From Escherichia coli (GTDB lineage: Bacteria > Pseudomonadota > Gammaproteobacteria > Enterobacterales > Enterobacteriaceae), in NCBI RefSeq assembly GCF_013315695.1, contig NZ_CP054353.1: DNA of 64,000 nucleotides. One strand, given 5' to 3'. A model generated the notes under the pieces. That model was given only the letters and a program-made list of their open reading frames with translations, did no database searches and was not told the DNA's origin. Numbering within the stretch: the first letter of the stretch is position 1; each line of letters starts with the position of its first letter. A program made the position numbers and the translations under genes. Shown here piece after piece: positions 34,574-45,815 of this stretch.

Positions 34574-36510
34574 AACCCACTTTATATACTGCTACTGGTG
34601 AGTGCGTTACGCCAGGCCGTGAACTGGGCAAAGGCGGTGAAGGTGCGGTTTATGATATCGAGGAGTTTGCCGATAGCGTCGCCAAGATTTATCACACGCC
34701 GCCACCCGCCTTAAAACAGGACAAACTTGCCTTTATGGCTGCGACAGCTGACGCGCAGTTGTTGAATTATGTCGCCTGGCCGCAGGCAACGCTTCACGGT
34801 GGACGAGGCGGAAAAGTAATCGGTTTTATGATGCCAAAAGTTTCTGGTAAAGAACCGATTCATATGATCTATAGCCCGGCACATCGTCGTCAACGTTACC
34901 CTCATAGTGCGTGGGATTTTCTACTCTATGTTGCGCGCAATATTGCTTCATCTTTTGCTACGATTCACGAGCACGGGCACGTCGTGGGTGACGTAAACCA
35001 GAACAGCTTTATGGTAGGTCGCGACAGCAAAGTAGTGTTGATTGATAGCGACTCCTTTCAGATTAACGCCAATGGCACGCTGCATTTATGCGAAGTCGGC
35101 GTGTCGCATTTTACGCCGCCAGAGCTACAAACCTTGCCATCATTTGTCGGCTTTGAACGCACCGCGAATCACGATAATTTTGGCCTTGCGTTGCTGATTT
35201 TTCACGTCTTGTTTGGTGGGCGGCATCCTTATTCCGGTGTACCGCTTGTCTCTGATGCGGGTAATGCACTGGAGACGGATATTGCCCATTTCCGTTATGC
35301 CTACGCGTCAGATAATCAGCGACGTGGTTTAAAACCGCCGCCACGATCTATTCCGCTGTCGATGTTACCGGGCGATGTTGAAGCCATGTTTCAGCAGGCA
35401 TTCACGGAAAGTGGCGTGGCAACCGGGCGTCCGACGGCAAAAGCGTGGGTAGCGGCACTTGATTTACTACGCCAACAGTTAAAGAAATGTACCGTTTCGG
35501 CAATGCATGTTTATCCCGGTCATTTGGCTGACTGCCCGTGGTGTGCGCTGGATAATCAAGGCGTTATCTATTTTATTGATCTCGGCGAAGAGGTCATTAC
35601 CACCAGCGGTGATTTTGTGCTGGCGAAAGTCTGGGCGATGGTGATGGCGTCAGTAGCACCGCCAGCATTGCAACTGCCATTACCCGATCATTTCCAACCG
35701 ACTGGCAGGCCGCTTCCTTTAGGCCTGTTACGGCGTGAATACATCATTCTGATTGAGATCGCACTGTCAGCGTTATCGCTGTTGCTTTGCGGCCTTCAGA
35801 CAGAACCACGTTATATTATTTTGGTTCCTGTGCTGTCGGCTATCTGGATTATTGGCAGCCTGACAAGCAAAGCGTACAAAGCAGAAATCCAGCAACGCCG
35901 TGAGGCGTTTAATCGTGCGAAAATGGACTATGACCATTTAGTCAGCCAGATCCAACAGTTGGGCGGGCTGGAAGGTTTTATCGCCAAACGGATGATGCTC
36001 GAAAAAATGAAGGACGAAATTCTTGGGTTACCGGAAGAAGAAAAGCGCGATCTGGCAGCACTTCAGGACACCGCAAGGGAACGGCAGAAGCAGAAGTTTC
36101 TGGAGGGATTTTTTATTGATGTTGCCTCTATTCCCGGCGTTGGCCCTGCGCGTAAAGCGGCGTTACGGTCCTTTGGTATTGAAACGGCGGCAGACGTTAC
36201 CCGACGGAGCGTTAAGCAAGTAAAAGGTTTTGGTGATCATCTGACCCAGGCGGTTATCGACTGGAAAGCGAGTTGCGAACGCCGTTTTGTGTTCAGGCCG
36301 AATGAAGCGGTAACGCCAGCAGACAGACAAGCGGTAATGGCGAAAATGACCGCCAAACGACATCGGCTGGAATCGGCGTTGACTGTCGGTGCGACAGAGT
36401 TGCAGCGATTCCGCCTTCATGCTCCAGCACGGACCATGCCGTTGATGGAGCCGCTACGTCAGGCGGCAGAAAAACTGGCTCAGGCGAAGGCTGATTTAAG
36501 CCGCTGCTGA
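34561..36510 (+). CDS. yegI: Atypical membrane Ser/Thr protein kinase-like protein with C-terminal helix-hairpin-helix
   Basis: 649-aa ORF; kinase catalytic-loop-like HGHVVGDVNQNS and DSD (DFG-like); two predicted TM helices (about residues 390-430); C-terminal coiled region with HhH motif IPGVGPARKAAL. Confidence 0.8.
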   Translation: MVTMKPTLYTATGECVTPGRELGKGGEGAVYDIEEFADSVAKIYHTPPPALKQDKLAFMAATADAQLLNYVAWPQATLHGGRGGKVIGFMMPKVSGKEPIHMIYSPAHRRQRYPHSAWDFLLYVARNIASSFATIHEHGHVVGDVNQNSFMVGRDSKVVLIDSDSFQINANGTLHLCEVGVSHFTPPELQTLPSFVGFERTANHDNFGLALLIFHVLFGGRHPYSGVPLVSDAGNALETDIAHFRYAYASDNQRRGLKPPPRSIPLSMLPGDVEAMFQQAFTESGVATGRPTAKAWVAALDLLRQQLKKCTVSAMHVYPGHLADCPWCALDNQGVIYFIDLGEEVITTSGDFVLAKVWAMVMASVAPPALQLPLPDHFQPTGRPLPLGLLRREYIILIEIALSALSLLLCGLQTEPRYIILVPVLSAIWIIGSLTSKAYKAEIQQRREAFNRAKMDYDHLVSQIQQLGGLEGFIAKRMMLEKMKDEILGLPEEEKRDLAALQDTARERQKQKFLEGFFIDVASIPGVGPARKAALRSFGIETAADVTRRSVKQVKGFGDHLTQAVIDWKASCERRFVFRPNEAVTPADRQAVMAKMTAKRHRLESALTVGATELQRFRLHAPARTMPLMEPLRQAAEKLAQAKADLSRC

Positions 36511-36522
36511 GCCATTTTTCAA

Positions 36523-37875
36523 TTAACGAAACACCACTTCCGCCCAGCGTGCCAGCCCGGCGGTGACGGAGCCAAAGTCATCGCCGCCTGCAATCGGAAT
36601 GCCCGGCAACTGTTCTGCCAGCGCTTTTTTAATCAGCGGCGATCGGGCGCTACCACCAGTCAGATAGATGACATCCGGTTTTTCCTGGGCGTTATCCAGC
36701 GCCAGTTGCACCTGTTCCAGAATTCGCGCCAGTGGCTGGTTGAGGGCGCTTTCCAGCCCTTGCTGGCTAATCAGAGTAGCCAGTTCATCGCTGATAAACG
36801 GCAGTGAGGCGCGGGTTTCCGCTACGCTTGAAAGCGCAATTTTGCTCTCTTCTGCGCTACGTACCAGGCGATAGCTTAAACGCTGACGCCAGACTTTCTG
36901 TAACAGGGCCACTTTTTCCGGTTCGCGGGCATCGCGTACCAGATCGTTAAGCAGACGACCATTGGCACTACTGTAGAAATCACTTTGCGCAGGGACGTCG
37001 TTGATGGCAACCGCATTCCACCACGGCAGAATCGGCAGCGCGATGCCTTTTTCGGTTTCGCCACCCATGCCCAGTAACGGCATCAGGTTTTTAAACGCCA
37101 GTGCGATATCCAGATCGTTACCGCCAATACGGCAACCACTGTGACCCAGCAGGCTGGCTTCACGATCGAGGCGCGAACGCCACTGTGGCCCCATTAGCAG
37201 TAAAGAACAGTCAGTCGTACCACCGCCGATATCCACCACCAGCACCCGTTTTTCTTCCTGCAAGGTGGCTTCGTAATCCAGCCCAGCCGCGACCGGCTCG
37301 TACTGGAATACCACATCCTTAAACCCGGCACGCTTCGCCGCGCGTTCCAGAATCCCTTGCGCCTGGGTGTTTGCTTCATCGCCGCCCAGCCCCTGGAAGT
37401 TGATCGGGCGACCAATCACTGCCTGAGTAATTGCCTCCGGCAGTTGAGCCTGCGCCTGCTGGCGAATGTGCAACATCATTGCGCAGACCAGATCCTCAAA
37501 CAGCGCTACCTGCTGCGGTTTTAAGCCGCTGGCACCGAGGAACGATTTTGGTGATTTCACAAACCACACCTCTTCTGGATCATCAATGTACTGTGCCAGT
37601 GAGGAAAGACCGAACTGCACGCTTTTCGCCGTAACATCGATATCTTCTTCGCGGTTATAACGAATCGCCCGACGCAGCAGCGCCTGCGTTTCATCGTCGT
37701 CTGCCGGAACGTCATGATGGCGGTACAGCCATTCGCTTACCGCTTCACGCGTTGGCGCGCAAAGCATTGAAGGCAGCAGCGTGCTGTCGTTTTCCATTTT
37801 TAGCAAATGCGGTTTACCGTCGCGCATGACCGCCACTAAACAGTTTGCTGTACCGTAATCAAAACCAATAAACAC
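36523..37875 (-). CDS. yegD: Hsp70/actin-like ATPase family protein
   Basis: Hsp70-type nucleotide-binding motifs (IGFDYGTAN; DIGGGTTD); start placed at a GTG (37873..37875) giving 450 aa; six-frame ORF extends to 37938. Confidence 0.8.
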   Translation of the reverse strand: MFIGFDYGTANCLVAVMRDGKPHLLKMENDSTLLPSMLCAPTREAVSEWLYRHHDVPADDDETQALLRRAIRYNREEDIDVTAKSVQFGLSSLAQYIDDPEEVWFVKSPKSFLGASGLKPQQVALFEDLVCAMMLHIRQQAQAQLPEAITQAVIGRPINFQGLGGDEANTQAQGILERAAKRAGFKDVVFQYEPVAAGLDYEATLQEEKRVLVVDIGGGTTDCSLLLMGPQWRSRLDREASLLGHSGCRIGGNDLDIALAFKNLMPLLGMGGETEKGIALPILPWWNAVAINDVPAQSDFYSSANGRLLNDLVRDAREPEKVALLQKVWRQRLSYRLVRSAEESKIALSSVAETRASLPFISDELATLISQQGLESALNQPLARILEQVQLALDNAQEKPDVIYLTGGSARSPLIKKALAEQLPGIPIAGGDDFGSVTAGLARWAEVVFR

Positions 37876-38008
37876 GAAATAATCCCCATGCCGGTGAAGA
37901 AGGGGCGTGACTTTAGCGAAATGTTGCCGTCGCGACAACCGGAATATGAAAGCAAAGCGCAGCGTCTGAATAACGTTTATGCTGAAAGCGGATTAACAAG
38001 GAGATGCG

Positions 38009-38857
38009 ATGTATACCCTGAACTGGCAGCCGCCGTATGACTGGTCGTGGATGTTGGGATTTCTCGCCGCCCGTGCGGTGAGCAGCGTGGAAACGGTCGC
38101 GGACAGTTATTATGCCCGTAGTCTGGCGGTAGGCGAATATCGCGGCGTGGTGACTGCTATTCCGGATATAGCCCGCCATACTCTGCACATAAATTTAAGT
38201 GCAGGTTTAGAACCTGTTGCCGCTGAGTGTCTGGCGAAAATGAGCTGCCTGTTTGATCTGCAATGTAACCCGCAGATTGTTAACGGTGCGTTGGGCAAGT
38301 TAGGCGCGGCGCGGCCCGGATTGCGTTTACCCGGCAGTGTTGATGCTTTTGAGCAGGGCGTGCGGGCGATTTTAGGCCAACTGGTGAGCGTGGCGATGGC
38401 GGCAAAATTGACCGCCAGAGTGGCACAGCTTTATGGCGAACGGCTGGATGATTTTCCGGATTATGTCTGCTTCCCCACGCCTCAGCGGCTGGCTGCAGCC
38501 GACCCGCAGGCATTAAAAGCGTTAGGTATGCCGTTGAAACGGGCAGAGGCACTGATTCATCTGGCAAATGCGGCGCTGGAGGGCACCTTACCAATGACAA
38601 TACCGGGCGACGTAGAACAAGCGATGAAAAAACTGCAAACTTTTCCGGGGATCGGGCGCTGGACGGCGAATTATTTCGCCTTGCGCGGCTGGCAGGCGAA
38701 AGATGTTTTTCTGCCGGATGATTATCTGATTAAACAGCGATTTCCGGGAATGACACCGGCACAAATCCGCCGTTATGCCGAGCGCTGGAAACCCTGGCGT
38801 TCTTATGCGTTGTTGCATATCTGGTATACGGAAGGCTGGCAACCAGACGAAGCATGA
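38009..38857 (+). CDS. alkA: DNA-3-methyladenine glycosylase II
   Basis: 282-aa ORF recognised as AlkA (HhH-GPD superfamily). Confidence 0.9.
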   Translation: MYTLNWQPPYDWSWMLGFLAARAVSSVETVADSYYARSLAVGEYRGVVTAIPDIARHTLHINLSAGLEPVAAECLAKMSCLFDLQCNPQIVNGALGKLGAARPGLRLPGSVDAFEQGVRAILGQLVSVAMAAKLTARVAQLYGERLDDFPDYVCFPTPQRLAAADPQALKALGMPLKRAEALIHLANAALEGTLPMTIPGDVEQAMKKLQTFPGIGRWTANYFALRGWQAKDVFLPDDYLIKQRFPGMTPAQIRRYAERWKPWRSYALLHIWYTEGWQPDEA

Positions 38858-38862
38858 CGTTG

Positions 38863-38955
38863 GTCGCCGGATGCGGTGCGAGCGCCTTATCCGGCCTGGG
38901 GAATGAGCGATTTGTAGGCATGATAAGACGCGTTAGCGTCGCATCAGGCAATGGG
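38863..38955. repeat. Pair of REP elements between convergent alkA and dgcE
   Basis: GCCGGATGCGGTGCGAGCGCCTTATCCGGCC and GACGCGTTAGCGTCGCATCAGGCA match the REP consensus. Confidence 0.65.
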
Positions 38956-38967
38956 GCAAACGCTCCC

Positions 38968-41900
38968 TCAGTTAATCGCGAAATAACTGCTATTCACCAG
39001 CAAATCCAGCGGTTGGGCATCGGCAATCACATCGCCATAAATCAGATCGACGCCGATGCCCGAAAGCGTATCCATCACTAAGGGTAAAACGACTGGCCCG
39101 GCGATGGTTTTCATCCCGAGTCGCTGAGCATGCCCCTGAATAATCGTAATCAGCATCTCATCCATCAAATTACCCTGCACGCTGGCGCATAACTCACCAT
39201 CAAGTAGCAGGTAATCTGCCATATTTGCTTTCAGCGAGTTGAAGATTTGCAGATCGCGGCCCACCTGACTGAATACGATCCGACATCCCGCCAGCCGCAG
39301 TTTTTGCACGCTTGCTGCGTGATCTAAAATCGCGTCTGCCGGAATAATCAGATGTAATAACCGTGGTGGTAGAGGGCTATTTTCCAGCTGCTCAATTAGT
39401 TCATTCACCAGCGTGGCGCTACTCAAACCGGCAACGGAAAGGGGGAGGGCGATGCTTAAGCCTTTACTGGCAATCGCTTTTGCGGCCTGCTGGAAAAAAT
39501 CGTGGAATACCCGTCGGTCAAGAGCATGGCTAAGTGCCGGATCGCTGAAGCTACGACGAAATGTTTGTTCATCAATAATCTCGCCTTCGCAACTCCAGAG
39601 CTTAAGTGAAATCAGCCACAAATTACGCGCTTGCGGGATCCGCGGCGAAGCGACACCGTGGGCGATCATCATCAACTGATTCTCTTTAATCATCCGCCTC
39701 TGTTCATCAAGCGATATCGCCGCCCGTTCGCTATGTGCGGCAGCTTGCTGCGGTTCGTAAACCGTCACCCGGCCCCGTCCACCATTTTTGGAGGCATAAC
39801 AGGCGATATCAGCCTGCGACATCACTTCAGCCGCCTGATGATTGTTGTCATCAATCAAGGTAATCCCGGCACTGGCACCTACCCGATGTACACGTCCTTC
39901 CCAGATAAAGTGATAGTCATTCACGGCGCTGATAATGCGTGTAGCGATAAAACGCGCACTTTCGACATTACAATCTGGCAGCAGCAGACCAAATTCATCG
40001 CCACCGAGTCGCGCCAGCACGTCGCTGGAGCGCAGCATACTCAGCATCAACGACGCCAGTTCGCGCAGTAAAGCGTCGCCCGCCGCATGCCCGGCGCTGT
40101 CATTCACCGCTTTAAAGCGATCAAGATCGATAAACACCAGGGCATGTCGCTGATGCGTACTGTTTACCGTTTGCAGCAGGATGCGTAGTTGCTTCTCAAA
40201 ACTGGCGCGATTGGCGAGATGCGTCAGTGCATCATGGGAGGCGCTGTAGCTCAGCTGGCGCAGCATTTTGCGTGATTCGGTGACGTCCTGAATCACCAGA
40301 ACCGAGCCTATATTGCTGCCGTCCAGAGTACTTAACGGCGTAATACTGTAATGCACGTCGTAGCTGCCGCCGCTTCGGCAGTGCAACACCACATCTTGTT
40401 CAATCGCGGAACGTGAGGTGTCGGCACTGTAAATGTTCTCCATTAATGGTCCGTTGTCGCCAAAAGTAATATGCAACACCGTCAGGAGCGGAACACCTAA
40501 CGCTTCTTCCTGCGTCCAGCCGCTCATCTTCTCCTTCTCCGCCACCGGATTCATAAAGGTAATTTTCATTGCCATATCAATACAGACCACGGCTTCGCCG
40601 ATGGAATCCAGCGTTATGTGCAGGCGCTCTTTTTCCTGAAACAATGCCTCGTTAAGCTGTTTCACTTCGGTCATATCCATATTAATGCCGAGCAGGCGTT
40701 CGACTTCGCCTTCTTTATTCAGTACCCGGTTAGCGAGGGCGCGGATATGGCGAATGCCGTCTTTCACGGTAATGCGAAATTCCAGTTTAAAGGGCGAGCG
40801 TGATTGCAACGAATCACGAATCACGAATCACTTTTTCGGCGTGTTGGCGATCTTCCGGCAGCACGCACTCGTACCACACCTGCCAGTTCGGTTTGATATG
40901 CGGAGGAATTTCATACAGCTCGAACATCCGCTTATCCCAGCTAAAAATATTCGGCTTCAGCTCCCACTCCCAGATGCCAATCCCGCCCGCTTCGTTAGCC
41001 AGCGTGATGCGCTCCATCAGTTGCTGATTCACCTGTTCGGTGCGTTTTAGCTCGTTAATGTCTTCAATCTGAGCGATAAAATAGAGCGGCGTGCCATCCG
41101 TGTGGCGCACCAGTGAGACGGCAAGCAACGCCCAGACAACATCGCCATTGCGGTTGTAGTAGCGTTTTTCCATTGAATAGGTGTTTATTTCACCGCTGAT
41201 CAGCTTTTCAACCTGTTGGAGATCTTTATTGAGATCCTCCGGCCAGGTCAGTTGCTGAAAGGTGAGTCCGCGCAGCTCTTCCTGACTGTAACCGAGAAAC
41301 TGGCAGAGTGCTTTGTTGGATTGCAGCCATTGCCCCTCGGTGCCCACTAATGCCATGCCGATGGCGGAATATTCCATGGCGTTACGAAAACGGGTTTCGC
41401 TTTCGGAAATGTGTTTGCGTTCCGCACGAAAGGCATACATCACCATGGTCATGATGTTGGCGGGCAGCAGGATCAGCAAAAACGGTAGCCACGGCATATG
41501 GCTCATCAGGTATGTACGCGGCGTAGCAAGCAGGGAGGGATCAGCGGCCATCATCAGTGACACCATCATCACCGTGGTAAGGAAGATCAAAAAGGCTTCC
41601 ATTCGTGGCAGGCGCACGGCGCTCCACATCAACAGCACAATAATGAAAGTAAAAGGCCACGGCAGATACAGCATCGAAAGCCAGCTTAACGTCAGTGTGA
41701 TGGCTAACGTGAGCAGCGACTCAAAAAGCAACCGTGGGTTGCGATGGCGCAGCAGATAGTGTGGTTTAAATAACAATCCCAGCGGCACCAGTGCCAGTGC
41801 GCCGATGGATTCTGACAGTACCCATATCAAAAATGCCCTGAGAGGATCGTCTCCGGGCGTCAGCAGGATAACCAGAACACCCCCTAACAGAGGTGGAACA

Positions 41901-42298
41901 ATGGCGCTGCCGAGTGCTAGACGCAGCCAGTCAGCCAGATTTTGCAATGGGTTATACCACGGCAGCAATTTACGCAGTAGCACTGCCCCGACCACGGCTT
42001 CAACAATATTGATGGTCGTCCAGGTCATGTTCAGCGAGCTGGTGGAAAAAAGCAGGATGGATGCGGCGATATTTCCCAGCGAGCAGCTCAGCGCAATCCC
42101 CGGCCACATGCGCCCGGCATGGCGATAAAACGCCACCATCATGATGGACGTCGGGAACCACAGTGGGGCGAGTTGGGTGCCAAACTGCGAAAGCTCAAGT
42201 GAGAAAAGGGTGAAGATAAACGAGACTAAACCTAAACTGACCAGGTGAAGCAGCGGGTGGGGCAGGGCAATTAATACATGCTGTGATTGTTTGCTCAT
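38968..42298 (-). pseudogene. dgcE: Diguanylate cyclase DgcE (MASE1-PAS-GGDEF-EAL), frameshifted by a 7-bp tandem duplication
   Basis: Two ORFs (40814..42298 membrane MASE1 plus PAS; 38968..40824 PAS-GGDEF-EAL) in different frames overlapping at three tandem copies of GAATCAC (40811..40831); deleting one copy gives a continuous ORF of about 1105 aa. Confidence 0.8.
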
Positions 42299-42615
42299 TA
42301 CCGCTTTATCCGCAAGACCAGGTCGCCAGTATTCGTTTCTGTGTTTATGCTAGTACAAAAGTTTTACATTTTATATGCGAATTGCTCATAAAGTGACGTA
42401 AAGGCGGATAATTTGCGCAACTGCGTATAACAATTTTTACCTTGTATAAAACTGATCAACGTAATTTGCCACCGGGAATTCTTCGTCAACAATTAACTCT
42501 GAGCGCGCGGCAACGCTATTCGACTGGTATCAGGCGGATGAAATCCCTATAATTGCCGCGTTTGGCGCTTCGTCGCCCCCTTCCTAACATCCAGGTTAAT
42601 CAGGTCGCTAAATAT

Positions 42616-43257
42616 ATGACTGATCAGTCTCATCAGTGCGTCATTATCGGTATCGCTGGCGCATCGGCTTCCGGCAAGAGTCTTATTGCCAGTACCCTTT
42701 ATCGTGAATTACGTGAGCAAGTCGGTGATGAACACATCGGCGTAATTCCCGAAGACTGCTATTACAAAGATCAAAGCCATCTGTCGATGGAAGAACGCGT
42801 TAAGACCAACTACGACCATCCCAGCGCGATGGATCACAGCCTGCTGCTTGAGCATTTACAAGCATTGAAACGCGGCTCGGCAATTGACCTGCCGGTTTAC
42901 AGCTATGTTGAACATACGCGTATGAAAGAAACGGTGACGGTTGAGCCGAAGAAAGTCATCATTCTCGAAGGCATTTTGCTGCTAACGGATGCGCGTTTGC
43001 GTGACGAACTTAACTTCTCAATTTTCGTTGATACCCCGCTGGATATCTGCCTGATGCGCCGCATCAAGCGTGACGTTAACGAGCGTGGGCGTTCAATGGA
43101 TTCAGTGATGGCGCAATATCAAAAAACCGTGCGCCCGATGTTTCTGCAATTCATTGAGCCTTCTAAACAATATGCGGACATTATCGTGCCGCGCGGCGGG
43201 AAAAACCGCATCGCCATCGATATATTGAAAGCGAAAATAAGTCAGTTCTTTGAATAA
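42616..43257 (+). CDS. udk: Uridine/cytidine kinase
   Basis: Start at [22 protein letters not shown] (P-loop), 213 aa. Confidence 0.9.
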
Positions 43258-43348
43258 GCTTGATAAATTGTGTACCGTTCAGTGATAACCTGGTATGCCC
43301 TTGACGTAATTGGCGTTAAGGGAGTGATGCGCGAAAGGAGAAAATGCC

Positions 43349-43930
43349 ATGCGTCTGTGTGACCGAGATATTGAAGCCTGGCTTGATGAAGGCCGTTTGT
43401 CGATCAACCCACGTCCGCCAGTGGAGCGTATTAACGGCGCGACGGTGGATGTGCGCCTGGGCAATAAATTTCGTACCTTCCGTGGTCACACGGCAGCGTT
43501 TATCGATCTGAGCGGTCCCAAAGATGAAGTGAGCGCCGCGCTTGACCGCGTGATGAGCGATGAGATCGTTCTCGATGAAAGCGAGGCGTTCTATCTTCAC
43601 CCAGGAGAGCTGGCGCTGGCGGTGACGCTGGAGTCGGTGACGCTGCCAGCCGATCTGGTGGGCTGGCTGGACGGGCGTTCTTCACTGGCGCGTCTGGGGC
43701 TGATGGTGCACGTCACCGCGCACCGCATCGATCCGGGCTGGTCTGGCTGCATTGTGCTGGAGTTCTACAACTCCGGTAAGCTGCCGCTGGCGCTGCGTCC
43801 GGGCATGTTAATTGGTGCGCTGAGCTTTGAGCCGCTTTCCGGCCCGGCGGCGCGACCTTACAACCGCCGTGAAGATGCGAAATATCGCAACCAGCAGGGC
43901 GCGGTAGCCAGCCGAATCGATAAAGACTAA
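43349..43930 (+). CDS. dcd: dCTP deaminase
   Basis: 193-aa ORF recognised as Dcd ([17 protein letters not shown]). Confidence 0.9.
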   Translation: MRLCDRDIEAWLDEGRLSINPRPPVERINGATVDVRLGNKFRTFRGHTAAFIDLSGPKDEVSAALDRVMSDEIVLDESEAFYLHPGELALAVTLESVTLPADLVGWLDGRSSLARLGLMVHVTAHRIDPGWSGCIVLEFYNSGKLPLALRPGMLIGALSFEPLSGPAARPYNRREDAKYRNQQGAVASRIDKD

Positions 43931-43951
43931 TTCAGGCCCATTGAGGATACC

Positions 43952-45805
43952 ATGAGACGATTTCTGACGACGCTGATGATACTCCTGGTCGTGCTGGTGG
44001 CCGGGTTATCTGCGTTAGTGTTGCTGGTGAATCCGAATGATTTCCGCGACTATATGGTCAAGCAAGTTGCTGCACGTAGCGGTTATCAATTGCAGCTCGA
44101 CGGGCCACTGCGTTGGCACGTCTGGCCGCAGCTTAGTATCCTCTCCGGGCGAATGTCTCTCACCGCCCAGGGCGCGAGCCAGCCACTGGTTCGCGCCGAC
44201 AACATGCGTCTGGACGTGGCGCTTTTACCACTACTGAGTCATCAACTGAGCGTTAAGCAGGTGATGCTAAAAGGGGCTGTGATCCAACTGACGCCGCAGA
44301 CGGAAGCGGTGCGCAGTGAAGACGCTCCGGTTGCACCGCGCGACAATACCTTGCCGGATCTGTCAGACGATCGCGGATGGTCGTTTGATATATCCAGTCT
44401 TAAGATGGCGGACAGCGTGCTGGTGTTCCAGCATGAAGATGACGAGCAGGTGACAATCCGCAATATCCGCCTGCAAATGGAACAAGATCCCCAACATCGT
44501 GGCTCATTTGAGTTCTCCGGGCGGGTTAATCGCGATCAGCGCGACCTCACGATATCCCTTAACGGTACGGTAGATGCTTCTGATTATCCGCATGATTTAA
44601 CGGCGGCTATTGAACAAATTAACTGGCAGTTGCAGGGTGCCGATTTACCAAAACAAGGTATTCAGGGGCAGGGGAGTTTCCAGGCCCAGTGGCAGGAGTC
44701 ACATAAACGCCTTTCATTTAACCAAATTAGTTTGACCGCCAATGACAGTACGCTGAGCGGGCAAGCACAGGTCACGTTGACAGAGAAACCGGAATGGCAG
44801 CTGAGACTGCAATTCCCGCAACTGAATCTTGACAACCTCATCCCGCTTAAAGAAACAGCGAACGGTGAAAACGGTGCCGCGCAGCAAGGGCAGAGCCAAT
44901 CCACGTTGCCGCGCCCGGTCATTTCTTCGCGTATTGATGAACCGGCCTATCAGGGATTGCATGGCTTTACGGCTGATATTTTGTTGCAGGCCAGTAACGT
45001 GCGCTGGCGCGGAATGAATTTTACAGACGTTGCCACGCAAATGACCAACAAGTCGGGTTTGCTGGAAATTACTCAACTGCAGGGCAAGCTTAACGGTGGA
45101 CAGGTTTCGCTGCCGGGCACGCTGGACGCGACATCAATAAATCCGCGGATAAACTTCCAGCCACGGCTGGAAAACGTTGAGATTGGTACCATTCTGAAGG
45201 CGTTTAACTATCCGATTTCGTTGACCGGAAAGATGTCACTGGCTGGTGATTTCTCCGGTGCTGACATAGATGCCGACGCATTCCGCCACAACTGGCAAGG
45301 ACAGGCACATGTCGAAATGACCGACACACGCATGGAAGGGATGAACTTCCAGCAGATGATTCAGCAAGCGGTAGAACGTAATGGTGGTGATGTGAAGGCC
45401 GCTGAAAACTTTGATAACGTGACGCGTCTTGACCGCTTTACCACCGATTTGACGTTGAAGGATGGCGTCGTGACGTTAAACGACATGCAAGGTCAATCGC
45501 CAGTGCTGGCGCTGACAGGGGAAGGCATGTTGAATCTGGCAGATCAAACCTGCGACACCCAGTTTGACATTCGTGTGATTGGTGGCTGGAACGGAGAAAG
45601 CAAACTGATTGATTTCCTCAAAGAAACGCCAGTACCGCTGCGGGTTTATGGCAACTGGCAGCAACTCAATTACAGCCTGCAAGTGGATCAGTTACTGCGC
45701 AAACATCTACAGGACGAAGCGAAACGTCGCCTGAATGACTGGGCCGAGCGGAATAAAGATTCCCGCAATGGCAAAGATGTGAAGAAGTTGCTGGAGAAGA
45801 TGTAA
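43952..45805 (+). CDS. asmA: Outer membrane assembly protein AsmA
   Basis: 617-aa ORF with N-terminal signal anchor; synteny dcd-asmA. Confidence 0.85.
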   Translation: MRRFLTTLMILLVVLVAGLSALVLLVNPNDFRDYMVKQVAARSGYQLQLDGPLRWHVWPQLSILSGRMSLTAQGASQPLVRADNMRLDVALLPLLSHQLSVKQVMLKGAVIQLTPQTEAVRSEDAPVAPRDNTLPDLSDDRGWSFDISSLKMADSVLVFQHEDDEQVTIRNIRLQMEQDPQHRGSFEFSGRVNRDQRDLTISLNGTVDASDYPHDLTAAIEQINWQLQGADLPKQGIQGQGSFQAQWQESHKRLSFNQISLTANDSTLSGQAQVTLTEKPEWQLRLQFPQLNLDNLIPLKETANGENGAAQQGQSQSTLPRPVISSRIDEPAYQGLHGFTADILLQASNVRWRGMNFTDVATQMTNKSGLLEITQLQGKLNGGQVSLPGTLDATSINPRINFQPRLENVEIGTILKAFNYPISLTGKMSLAGDFSGADIDADAFRHNWQGQAHVEMTDTRMEGMNFQQMIQQAVERNGGDVKAAENFDNVTRLDRFTTDLTLKDGVVTLNDMQGQSPVLALTGEGMLNLADQTCDTQFDIRVIGGWNGESKLIDFLKETPVPLRVYGNWQQLNYSLQVDQLLRKHLQDEAKRRLNDWAERNKDSRNGKDVKKLLEKM

Positions 45806-45815
45806 GACAAGTTAT

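Noticed and set aside
36023-36223. Small plus-strand ORF (66 aa) inside yegI
   Set aside because: Fully embedded in a different frame of the yegI coding region with no RBS; most likely spurious.
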